Virus record (IMG/VR): IMGVR_UViG_3300030376_004262
Span: 1 to 32,021 of that record
Strand: one strand, 5' to 3'
Source of the DNA: a virus
Taxonomy: Duplodnaviria > Caudoviricetes
Length of the DNA stretch: 32,021 nt
Part shown: piece after piece, positions 24,379 to 32,021 of the stretch
Layout of the letters: each line of letters begins with the position of its first letter
How positions within the stretch are numbered: the stretch's first letter is position 1
Position numbers and translations under genes: made by a program
The notes under the pieces: generated by a model
Told to the model about the DNA's origin: nothing
The model's database searches: none
What the model saw: only the letters and a program-made list of their open reading frames with translations

Positions 24379-24528
24379 ATGAAACAATTTAGAACACAAG
24401 CTGATGATCTTAGAGATGAAATCAGAATATTAGAATTAGCTATGAGATATGCTAGTTCAAAAGAAGAATTTAATAAACTACAAAACAAATTATATAATGT
24501 CAAAAGTATACTTACAAACATCCAATAA
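24379..24528 (+). CDS. Small helical protein (49 aa, not in ORF track)
   Basis: MKQFRTQADDLRDEIRILELAMRYASSKEEFNKLQNKLYNVKSILTNIQ; A-rich initiation region. Confidence 0.6.
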   Translation: MKQFRTQADDLRDEIRILELAMRYASSKEEFNKLQNKLYNVKSILTNIQ

Positions 24529-24712
24529 TATCTACACATTAGATAAGTATAAACAAAATCTATCAATAAGAGGAAATGAAGTTTGGTCTTATAATACTCA
24601 TGTTGCTATGATTGCAGGAGATAAATTATTACAATTAGGATATTGGTCAGGAACAACTCAAAAACATATTAATTATGTTGCTGATCAGCTTGATTTAGAT
24701 TTAATAAAGTAA
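24497..24712 (+). CDS. Hypothetical early protein (start uncertain)
   Basis: KYKQNL...VWSYNTHVA...LGYWSGTTQKHINY. Confidence 0.65.
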   Translation: MSKVYLQTSNNIYTLDKYKQNLSIRGNEVWSYNTHVAMIAGDKLLQLGYWSGTTQKHINYVADQLDLDLIK

Positions 24713-24723
24713 TAAATTTAATT

Positions 24724-24999
24724 ATGGACAAAATCCAAAACCTCAAAGATTTAGAATATTATGCTGATATGCTTTTAGCATCAACACTTGTAAAAAATTG
24801 GTTAGAAAAAAAACCAGACAATAAGGATCTACAAAGTTTAGCGAATGTCTTAGTCAGAACTACTCATTATATTATTAGTTTGCAACATGATCTAGAAGCA
24901 TATAAAAGAGCATCTAGTGATTATCGCTATGATAAAAATAAAGTGATGTTAGAATTGAGAGAGTTAAAAGAAAAATATAATAATTTAAAAGATTTATAA
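24724..24999 (+). CDS. Hypothetical coiled-coil protein
   Basis: 91 aa ORF in the early operon. Confidence 0.65.
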   Translation: MDKIQNLKDLEYYADMLLASTLVKNWLEKKPDNKDLQSLANVLVRTTHYIISLQHDLEAYKRASSDYRYDKNKVMLELRELKEKYNNLKDL

Positions 25000-25000
25000 T

Positions 25001-25276
25001 ATGGAAAAAGAAATGGAATATGAATGGGAGGAGTTTTTATTTGTAGTTAATTACATATATGAAAAATCTACATTTGCAGGAGATTATATGCAACCTCCTG
25101 ATCCTGATAATATAGAAATTATTTCAGTTAATTTAATATCTTATACATCAGAGGATGGAGAGGAAATCAAATGCAGTCATGATTTATATGTTCAGCATAT
25201 TTTATCTGGTCAAATTTTTGATTCAATTAATGAAGCAGTTTGGGAGGATGTAGAAAAAAACGAATACCATCTATAA
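25001..25276 (+). CDS. Hypothetical acidic protein
   Basis: 91 aa, Glu/Asp-rich, GDYMQPPDPD. Confidence 0.65.
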   Translation: MEKEMEYEWEEFLFVVNYIYEKSTFAGDYMQPPDPDNIEIISVNLISYTSEDGEEIKCSHDLYVQHILSGQIFDSINEAVWEDVEKNEYHL

Positions 25277-25297
25277 ATATTAATTTGTGGTTTGGAT

Positions 25298-25339
25298 AGG
25301 AGGTTTAAAGGTCTTAGGATCTTTGCCTCCTTTTTTTTT
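25298..25339 (+). terminator. Rho-independent terminator
   Basis: GGAGGT-tt-AAAGGTC-ttag-GATCTTT-GCCTCC stem plus a T-run. Confidence 0.85.
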
Positions 25340-25341
25340 AG

Positions 25342-25367
25342 TAAAATTTTGCTTATTTTTCGTTATA
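25342..25367 (+). promoter_or_regulatory. Putative phage late promoter TAAA-N14-TCGTTATA
   Basis: TCGTTATA 25360-25367, directly after a terminator and before the tail operon. Confidence 0.75.
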
Positions 25368-25380
25368 CAAGTATAACATT

Positions 25381-26034
25381 ATGAAAGCAAGATTAAATAT
25401 TCCTAATAAACTCTCAGAAATCACTCTAAGAAAATATCAAAAGTTTGTGAAACTTAATACAGAAGATGTAGATGAAAGATTTTTACAAATTAAAATGATT
25501 GAAATATTTTGTGAGGTCAGCCATGAGAATGTTTTAAAAATCAAATTTAATGATGCAGACAAAGTAACAGCAATACTAGGAGAAATGTTTACACAGAAAC
25601 CTAATCTGGTTACTAAATTCAGTATGAATGGAATAGAATATGGATTTATTCCTGATTTAGATGAAATGAGTTTTGGAGAATATATTGATCTTGATACTTA
25701 TTTAGGAGATTGGGAAAATATTCATACAGCAATGAATGTCTTATATAGACCCATAAAAGAAAAAAAAGGAGAGAGATATACAATCAAAGAATATGATGTC
25801 AATACAAAGGATCTGTTATTAGATATGCCTTTGGATGCAGTAATTTCATCAGTTTTTTTTTTCTATCATTTAGGGAAAGACTTGTCAGTAGTTATGAATC
25901 GCTATTTGGAGAGGGAGATCAAAAAAATACCTTATCAGCAGCAGCAGGATTTAATGCTAAATGGGGATGGTATCAAGCAATTTTCTCACTCGCTAAAGGG
26001 GATATTAGAAGATTTGAAAATATCACTGAATTAA
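25381..26034 (+). CDS. Putative tail assembly chaperone (zero-frame product)
   Basis: First gene of the tail operon; contains a T10 slippery run at 25853-25862. Confidence 0.65.
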   Translation: MKARLNIPNKLSEITLRKYQKFVKLNTEDVDERFLQIKMIEIFCEVSHENVLKIKFNDADKVTAILGEMFTQKPNLVTKFSMNGIEYGFIPDLDEMSFGEYIDLDTYLGDWENIHTAMNVLYRPIKEKKGERYTIKEYDVNTKDLLLDMPLDAVISSVFFFYHLGKDLSVVMNRYLEREIKKIPYQQQQDLMLNGDGIKQFSHSLKGILEDLKISLN

Positions 26035-26123
26035 AGGCTCATGAATGTTTTATGATGTTAGAATATTTAAAAGAAAAAAACGAATTAGAAGCAAATCAAA
26101 TAAAGAAAAAATTTAAAAAATGA
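25381..26123 (+). CDS. Putative -1 frameshift product of the tail assembly chaperone (~247 aa)
   Basis: The -1 frame is open 25797-26123 (LSFRERL...KWGWYQAIFSLAKGDIRRFENIT...KKFKK) and its stop overlaps the next ATG. Confidence 0.7.
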
Positions 26124-26590
26124 GCAATCAGGGAATAAGAGGTTTTTATCAATTAACAGAAACAATTAAGAATGCTCTGTTGGATAATATTGATGTCAAT
26201 ACAGTTACAACAGGAAACTTGAGTAATGTTAATTTACAAAAGCAAGATATATTTCCACTAAGCCACATAATTATAAATAGTGTTACAGATTCAGAACAAA
26301 CATTATCTTTTAATATTAGCATATTAGCTATGGATATTGTCAGCAGAAGTAAATTAGAAACTACAGATTTATTTGTTGGAAATAATAATGAGCAAGATGT
26401 TTTGAATACTCAATTAGCTGTATTAAATAAACTAATCATGACATTAAGAAAAGGAGATTTGCATAGAGATAAATATCAATTAGTTGGAGATCCTAATTGC
26501 ACACCTTTTTATGATAGGTTTGAGAATGAATTAGCAGGATGGACTGCTGATTTAGAAATTGTAATTTATAATGATATAACAATTTGCTGA
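26120..26590 (+). CDS. Putative tail terminator/completion protein
   Basis: 156 aa; IFPLSHIII...PFYDRFENELAGW; position in the tail operon. Confidence 0.55.
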   Translation: MSNQGIRGFYQLTETIKNALLDNIDVNTVTTGNLSNVNLQKQDIFPLSHIIINSVTDSEQTLSFNISILAMDIVSRSKLETTDLFVGNNNEQDVLNTQLAVLNKLIMTLRKGDLHRDKYQLVGDPNCTPFYDRFENELAGWTADLEIVIYNDITIC

Positions 26591-27171
26591 TGGAATATAA
26601 AGAAGTCAAAGAAGCATTAGAAAAGTTTGGAGAAGCAGTCATTAATTCAGCAAAAATAAATCTGCAAAAAAATGACATGGCAAAAGGGAGTTTATATAAA
26701 TCTCTCAAAAGTGATTTAACAATAGAACAAAATGCTTTTCTATTAGATTTCTTAATGGAGGATTATGGGATGTTTCAAGATGCAGGTGTTTGGGGTGCTA
26801 AACCTAGTTTGGCAACAACCAAAAGACATAAAGGAAAACAGAAAGGAAGATCAACAAATTCTTTATTTACAGGTGCTAATGGAATCAAAAATAAATTTTC
26901 ATATACTTCAAAAATGCCACCCATGCAACCATTAATGAAATGGGCAAAAATGAAAAACATAAGATTTAGAGATGAAAAAGGTAGATTTCAAAAAGGAAAT
27001 TATAGATCAATAGCTTTCTGGATTCAGAAAAGCATATTTGCTCAGGGATTAAAACCAACCTTATTTTTCTCAAAAGCATTTAGAAAAGAATTTAAAAAAC
27101 TACCTAGTGAGATTCTAGAAGCATTTAAAATAGATGTGGAAAGACAATTAATATTAGGAATAAAAAAATAG
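26590..27171 (+). CDS. Putative neck/tail component (HK97 gp10-like basic protein); start revised to 26590
   Basis: GSLYKSL...MEDYGMFQDAGV...PP...GLKPTLFFSKAF; TGATG coupling. Confidence 0.55.
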   Translation: MEYKEVKEALEKFGEAVINSAKINLQKNDMAKGSLYKSLKSDLTIEQNAFLLDFLMEDYGMFQDAGVWGAKPSLATTKRHKGKQKGRSTNSLFTGANGIKNKFSYTSKMPPMQPLMKWAKMKNIRFRDEKGRFQKGNYRSIAFWIQKSIFAQGLKPTLFFSKAFRKEFKKLPSEILEAFKIDVERQLILGIKK

Positions 27172-27174
27172 AAG

Positions 27175-28167
27175 ATGGCAAATATAGTATTAAGAAGCCC
27201 ACAATATAAATCATTTACATCACATGCAAATGCTAATAGTGCTTTAATGACAATAACTATTGATGGAACATTAAGATATACAATAGTAAAAGAATGCTCA
27301 GGAAGTCAAGTAGTTGGTTTTGAAATTGCAGAATTATGTAGAGATTATATAAACATTGCATATTCAGCTACACCACTTAGCCCAACAATATCTATCGTGA
27401 TAGCTTTAAGCTCTCATGCTTCAACTGATGGAAGTGGCTCAGCTTTAAATTCAGCAGCATTTGCTGATACAGGGTATGATGGATATGGGACATTTATGGA
27501 GGGATCAAGCCCTACTGTAGTAAAATCTGCACCAACATGGCTAATTTCTTTTGACCCAGACTCAACAAGTGTTAATGAGAGATTTTATGTTTTTATACCA
27601 ACAGGATATCAGGGTTATGTTCCATTAATAAAATCAAATGGTACAGCAGAATATTATAAATTTGGATCAACTGACACAGAAGCTACAGGAACAAATGCAG
27701 GAATAAAATTAAACATTGTGAGGGTAAATTGTACAAAGTATAATTTTGGAAATAAAGTCAGATTTGTAAATAAATATGGTGTAATACAAGAACTATGGTT
27801 TTTCTTAAAAGACACAGAAACAATAAATAAAAAATCAGAGACATATAAAAGAAGTATAATAACAGAAGATGGTCGCTATGTTACAAGCAATCATATGGTA
27901 ACTCCATTTAATACAACAGCTAATCAGACAATGACATTAAGCTCAGGTTATTATCCAGAGTGGTGTAATCAATGGTTTGAAGAATTATTATTATCAGAAC
28001 AAATTTGGATTTCTAATGATTCACAAACAAACCCAAATAGTGATGTGGTTAGACCTGTAACAATTAAGACATCTCAATTTAGAAAAAAAACAAAATTGAA
28101 TGATAGATTAATTGAATATACAATGGATTTTGAACTAGCTGCTGATTACATAAATAATGTTAGATAA
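27175..28167 (+). CDS. Tail structural protein (distal tail-like)
   Basis: 330 aa, beta-rich; FVNKYGVIQ and ELLLSEQIWI; tail operon. Confidence 0.5.
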   Translation: MANIVLRSPQYKSFTSHANANSALMTITIDGTLRYTIVKECSGSQVVGFEIAELCRDYINIAYSATPLSPTISIVIALSSHASTDGSGSALNSAAFADTGYDGYGTFMEGSSPTVVKSAPTWLISFDPDSTSVNERFYVFIPTGYQGYVPLIKSNGTAEYYKFGSTDTEATGTNAGIKLNIVRVNCTKYNFGNKVRFVNKYGVIQELWFFLKDTETINKKSETYKRSIITEDGRYVTSNHMVTPFNTTANQTMTLSSGYYPEWCNQWFEELLLSEQIWISNDSQTNPNSDVVRPVTIKTSQFRKKTKLNDRLIEYTMDFELAADYINNVR

Positions 28168-30323
28168 TGCAGACATTACAATTATATATAGATAGCAATT
28201 ATGATCCTAATCAAGTAACATATCAAAGGGTTGATTTATTTAAAGATGAAACAGTTTCATTAACTCAATCAATTCAGAATGTTAGAGATCTAGCTAAAAT
28301 ATTTACTGACTTTACACAAACATTTACAATACCTGCATCCAAAGAAAACAACAAATTATTTAGACATTATAATAATTTTAATATTACAAATACATTTGAT
28401 GCGAGGAATAGAGTTCCTGCTAAAATAGAATTAAATAATATTCCTTTCAAAAAAGGGTCAGTCAGATTAGATGGAACAGAATTAAAAAATAATAAATTAC
28501 ATGCTTATAAGATTACATTTTTTGGGGAAACAGTAAACCTCAAAACATTATTAGAGGATGATGAATTACAAGACTTAGGTGCTTTGGATGATTTAAATGA
28601 GAATTATACAGATTCATTAATAAGATATTATTTAGTTCAAAACCCATCAACTAATGGAACTAATGGAGATTTAATTGTTCCACTTATAACACATACAGAT
28701 CAATTATTTTATAACAGCTCAGGAGCAGCACAAGGAAATGGAAATGTTCGTTGGGTAAATAGTTCTTCTGCTAATCAGGTTTATTGGAAACAATTAAAAT
28801 ATGCTTTAAGATTACATAGGATTATAACAGAAATACAAGCCAAATATACAACAGCAAATGGATATCCTAGTAGCATAGTTTTTTCAAATGATTTTTTCAA
28901 TCCAACTAATTTAGCATATTACAATCTTTATATGTGGTTACACAGAAAAAAAGGAGATGTTGAACCTGCTGAACAAGTATCATTACAATATAAGCAACTA
29001 ACAAATTTTCCTATATTTTCTTCATCTTCAACATTAGGTCAGCAAACATCTGTGCAGAATGGTGCAATCACAGTCATTGGCGATTTGGTTACAAGTCCTA
29101 ATAATATTTTAGCACATACAATAACATTTATTCCTAATCAAACTAATCTTTATAACATTCAAGTTTATAGGGGATCTCAATTAGTTGCTCAGAAAAATGA
29201 TGTGCAAAATCAACAAACAATCACACAATCAGATTTTCCACTTACAGCAGGTACTTATACAATATTTATTGCATCATCATCAACTACTACTTTTAATAGT
29301 GGAAATATTAGATGGGAGATTGAAGGTTTTCTTGGTGGCGAAAGTCCATCAGGTGGACCACTAGGTGGATATACAGATGAATATAGAAGTGGGTCATTAT
29401 TTAGTACAAGCACCATATTTGAGTTTACTATAACTCAACAAATTCCTAAAATGAAAATTATTGATTTCTTAACTGCTTTATTTAAGATGTTTAATTTAAC
29501 TGCATTTGTTGAAGATAATGGAACAATAAAAGTGCAAACACTAGACAGCTTTTATGCTTCAGGAAAAGGGGTTGTTGTTGGAACAGAAGCATGGGCATTA
29601 GATGAATATATAGATAAAACAAAAAGTCAGGTTAATGTAGCTTTGCCTTTTAAAGAAGTTGGATTTCAATATAAAGGATTAAAAACATTTTTAGCAGTTC
29701 AATATCAACAATTAGATAATAGAGAATGGGGATCAAATAGTTATTCACTACAACAAGCTAAATATACAGCACCAGGCGATTCTTATAAAGTTGAGATACC
29801 ATTTGAACATATGCAATTTGAAAGATTATTTAATGCTTCAGGTGGTGGTGCTACTGATATACAATGGGGATGGAGTGTAGACCAAAGCAGAAATGCTACA
29901 CATGGTTTGCCTTTAATTTTTTATGCTATTCATCAAACAAGTGCAACATCAATTTCATTTGGTTTTGAATCAGGAAACAAAACACAGCAAACTGCTTACA
30001 ATATTCCATCAAATAGTTTAGCAATAAGCTCTGGGTCAAGCAAAAAGAACATACATTTTATAACAGAAAGAAATGAATTCACAAGAAACTTCGCATTTAC
30101 AGAAAACTTATTTGACCAATTTTATAGCACATACATAAATGATGTATTTGCTGAACAAAGAAGAATAACAAAAATCACAGCTTATTTACCATTAAAAATT
30201 ATTTATAATTTAAAGATGAATGACAGAGTGAGTATTGGCTCACAAGAATACATAATCAACTCACTTAAAACAAATTTAACAAATGGCAAAAGTGATATAG
30301 AACTCTTAAATGTAGTATCATGA
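28167..30323 (+). CDS. Tail tip / baseplate hub-like protein
   Basis: 718 aa; DLFKDETVSLTQSIQNVRD...FTQTFTIPASKENNKLF; precedes the tape measure gene. Confidence 0.55.
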   Translation: MQTLQLYIDSNYDPNQVTYQRVDLFKDETVSLTQSIQNVRDLAKIFTDFTQTFTIPASKENNKLFRHYNNFNITNTFDARNRVPAKIELNNIPFKKGSVRLDGTELKNNKLHAYKITFFGETVNLKTLLEDDELQDLGALDDLNENYTDSLIRYYLVQNPSTNGTNGDLIVPLITHTDQLFYNSSGAAQGNGNVRWVNSSSANQVYWKQLKYALRLHRIITEIQAKYTTANGYPSSIVFSNDFFNPTNLAYYNLYMWLHRKKGDVEPAEQVSLQYKQLTNFPIFSSSSTLGQQTSVQNGAITVIGDLVTSPNNILAHTITFIPNQTNLYNIQVYRGSQLVAQKNDVQNQQTITQSDFPLTAGTYTIFIASSSTTTFNSGNIRWEIEGFLGGESPSGGPLGGYTDEYRSGSLFSTSTIFEFTITQQIPKMKIIDFLTALFKMFNLTAFVEDNGTIKVQTLDSFYASGKGVVVGTEAWALDEYIDKTKSQVNVALPFKEVGFQYKGLKTFLAVQYQQLDNREWGSNSYSLQQAKYTAPGDSYKVEIPFEHMQFERLFNASGGGATDIQWGWSVDQSRNATHGLPLIFYAIHQTSATSISFGFESGNKTQQTAYNIPSNSLAISSGSSKKNIHFITERNEFTRNFAFTENLFDQFYSTYINDVFAEQRRITKITAYLPLKIIYNLKMNDRVSIGSQEYIINSLKTNLTNGKSDIELLNVVS

Positions 30324-30463
30324 TAAAAATAATTATAGGAGCATTACAAATAGCAAAAGGAGAAACTGAGAATATTAAAATTGCTCAGGGTAAACATAAA
30401 CTGCCCACTACTATAAGAGAGGGATGGAAACAATTTAAAACAGAAATAAAATGGAAAAGATAG
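30320..30463 (+). CDS. Small protein (47 aa, not in ORF track)
   Basis: MIKIIIGALQIAKGETENIKIAQGKHKLPTTIREGWKQFKTEIKWKR; ATGA overlap. Confidence 0.6.
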   Translation: MIKIIIGALQIAKGETENIKIAQGKHKLPTTIREGWKQFKTEIKWKR

Positions 30464-32021
30464 AATTTGAATTAGTAGCTGACACTAAAAAGTCAACTAA
30501 AAATATTGAAGATGTTAATAAAACTATTGTTGATCTGAATAAAAATTTAGAAACAACAAGTCAAGATGCAGAAGCAGGAATGTCTGCATTAGAAAAGGGT
30601 GCAAAAGATGCATCAAAATCTTCTTTTAGTTTGGGAAAAACTTTAAAAGGTGCATTGGCTATTGGTGGAATTGTTGGAATTGCTGTTAGCATATTTAATA
30701 AGTTTAAAGAAGTGTTAAGTGAGAATCAGAAAGTGGTGGATTTCTTTGCAGTTGCAACAGAAGCAGTTTCACTTGTTTTAAATGACCTAGTAAATCTTTT
30801 AGTTGGAAATATTGATAAGGTTAAACAATTCATGGATGCATTATTTAAAGACCCATTAGGAACTTTAAAAGATTTTTCTAATAGTATAAAGCAAGGAATT
30901 ATAGATAGATTTAATCAAGCATTAGAGGTTTTAGGTTTTTTAGGATCTGCAATAAAAAAAGTATTTGAGGGAGATTTTTCTGGTGCAATGGCAGATGTCA
31001 AAGAAGCAGGAAAACAAACAGTTGATGTTTTTACAGGTGTGGATGATTCATTTGATGAAGTTGCTAAATCAGTTTCAAATTATACAAAAGAAGTTATTAA
31101 AACAGCAGCAGCGAATGTTGAATTAGCAAATAGTGCAGAACTAGCAGCAGCTAGAAATCAGGGTTTATTAGAGCAGTTTGATTTTGAGAATGAAAAATTG
31201 AGACAAATTAGAGATGAAGAAAGAAATAGCGTTGATGATAGAATTAAAGCAAATAATGATTTGAGAGATAATCTAGCTAAACAACAAAAATTAATGTTAG
31301 AAAATGCTCAAATTTCTCTGGATGCTGCAAATGCTCAACTTGCAAAAGACAAAAATAATATAGAGTTTAAAAAAGCACAGATAGAAGCAGAGAATGAATT
31401 GGCAGCAGTAAAGGCAACAATAGCAGGATTTGAATCAGAATTCAAAGCAAATGATTTAGCATTAGACAAAGAGAAAATAGAACTCACAAATTCTAAATTA
31501 GAAAGTGAAGCTAACCTAAGCATAGAAAAAAAGAGATTAAATGCAGAGCAAATAGAATCAGATGTTTTAAGGTTAGAAAGAATGAAAGAAATTGATGCTG
31601 AGGAACAAGAATTGCAGATGGCAAGATTACAAAGAATATTAGATGAAGCTAATGAGGGTACTCAGGCAAAAGTAGATGCACAAATTGCTCTAGATGAATT
31701 TATGGCTGAATCAGATAGAACAAATCTAGAAAGAGCAACAGAAATTGCAGAAGCAGAAAAAGGATTAGAAGAACAAAAAAGGGCACAAAAAGAAAAAACA
31801 TTTAATGATCTAGTTACAATAGCAGGAGCAGAGAGTAAATTAGGAAAAGCAATATTAGTTGCAAAACAGGCATTGGCATTAAAAGAAATGATAATGGAAA
31901 TGAAATCAACTTTATTTTCTGCAAAGCAAACTGTTACAAAAGCAACTTTAAAAGGAACAGAGGGAGCAGCAGATAGTGCAGCAGGTTTAGCAAAAACTTC
32001 TGCAGCATTACCTTTTCCTGC
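30451..32021 (+). CDS. Tape measure protein, N-terminal part (about 631 aa when joined to 1-426)
   Basis: ATG at 30451, open to the window end; long Ala/Glu/Lys helical protein with hydrophobic patches; missed by the ORF track because it has no stop within the window. Confidence 0.85.
   Translation, partial: MEKIEFELVADTKKSTKNIEDVNKTIVDLNKNLETTSQDAEAGMSALEKGAKDASKSSFSLGKTLKGALAIGGIVGIAVSIFNKFKEVLSENQKVVDFFAVATEAVSLVLNDLVNLLVGNIDKVKQFMDALFKDPLGTLKDFSNSIKQGIIDRFNQALEVLGFLGSAIKKVFEGDFSGAMADVKEAGKQTVDVFTGVDDSFDEVAKSVSNYTKEVIKTAAANVELANSAELAAARNQGLLEQFDFENEKLRQIRDEERNSVDDRIKANNDLRDNLAKQQKLMLENAQISLDAANAQLAKDKNNIEFKKAQIEAENELAAVKATIAGFESEFKANDLALDKEKIELTNSKLESEANLSIEKKRLNAEQIESDVLRLERMKEIDAEEQELQMARLQRILDEANEGTQAKVDAQIALDEFMAESDRTNLERATEIAEAEKGLEEQKRAQKEKTFNDLVTIAGAESKLGKAILVAKQALALKEMIMEMKSTLFSAKQTVTKATLKGTEGAADSAAGLAKTSAALPFP
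31921..32021. repeat. Terminal direct repeat / circular overlap with 1-101
   Basis: 100 of 101 bases identical to 1-101. Confidence 0.95.

Noticed and set aside
1020-31523. All minus-strand ORFs in the track (for example 1950-2324, 10894-11217, 13754-14041, 31335-31523)
   Set aside because: They are antisense shadows of well-supported plus-strand genes, with Ser/Phe/Leu-biased composition and no promoters or motifs
31921-32021. Biological terminal repeat of the virion DNA
   Set aside because: It falls mid-gene and its length resembles an assembler k-mer overlap; the terminase type suggests headful, circularly permuted packaging
1-32021. Alternative genetic code (stop codon reassignment)
   Set aside because: Genes are full length in code 11; TAA, TGA and TAG all act as stops and coding density is high

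Overview
The window looks like an essentially complete, circular-mapping genome (about 31,920 bp unique) of an AT-rich tailed dsDNA phage, probably a siphovirus of a Bacteroidota (flavobacterial-type) host. Positions 1-101 repeat 31921-32021 with one synonymous mismatch, and the tape measure gene reads through the join. All credible genes are on the + strand. The modules are: head (protease, scaffold, major capsid, extended portal), major tail, a long tail fibre, a lysis/membrane cassette, early recombination/replication genes (NinG, ERF, SSB, AAA helicase, ECF sigma, 5'-3' exonuclease), a ParB + glycosyltransferase + terminase operon, small early genes, and tail genes. I recognised no integrase, DNA polymerase, primase, methyltransferase, tRNA or CRISPR array. 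The most interesting signals are: (1) a hidden -1 frameshift tail chaperone; (2) a phage-sigma late promoter YAAA-N14-TCGTTATA alongside host-type TTG-N19-TAnnTTTR promoters; (3) several promoter- or terminator-bounded candidate small RNAs, including one antisense to the first codons of the helicase gene and one three-way junction with a T-loop; (4) an orphan TET-associated-type glycosyltransferase with ParB next to the terminase; (5) a shared putative protease-processing motif and Cys/His repeat modules in head proteins. All family calls are from motif recognition by eye, not database searches.
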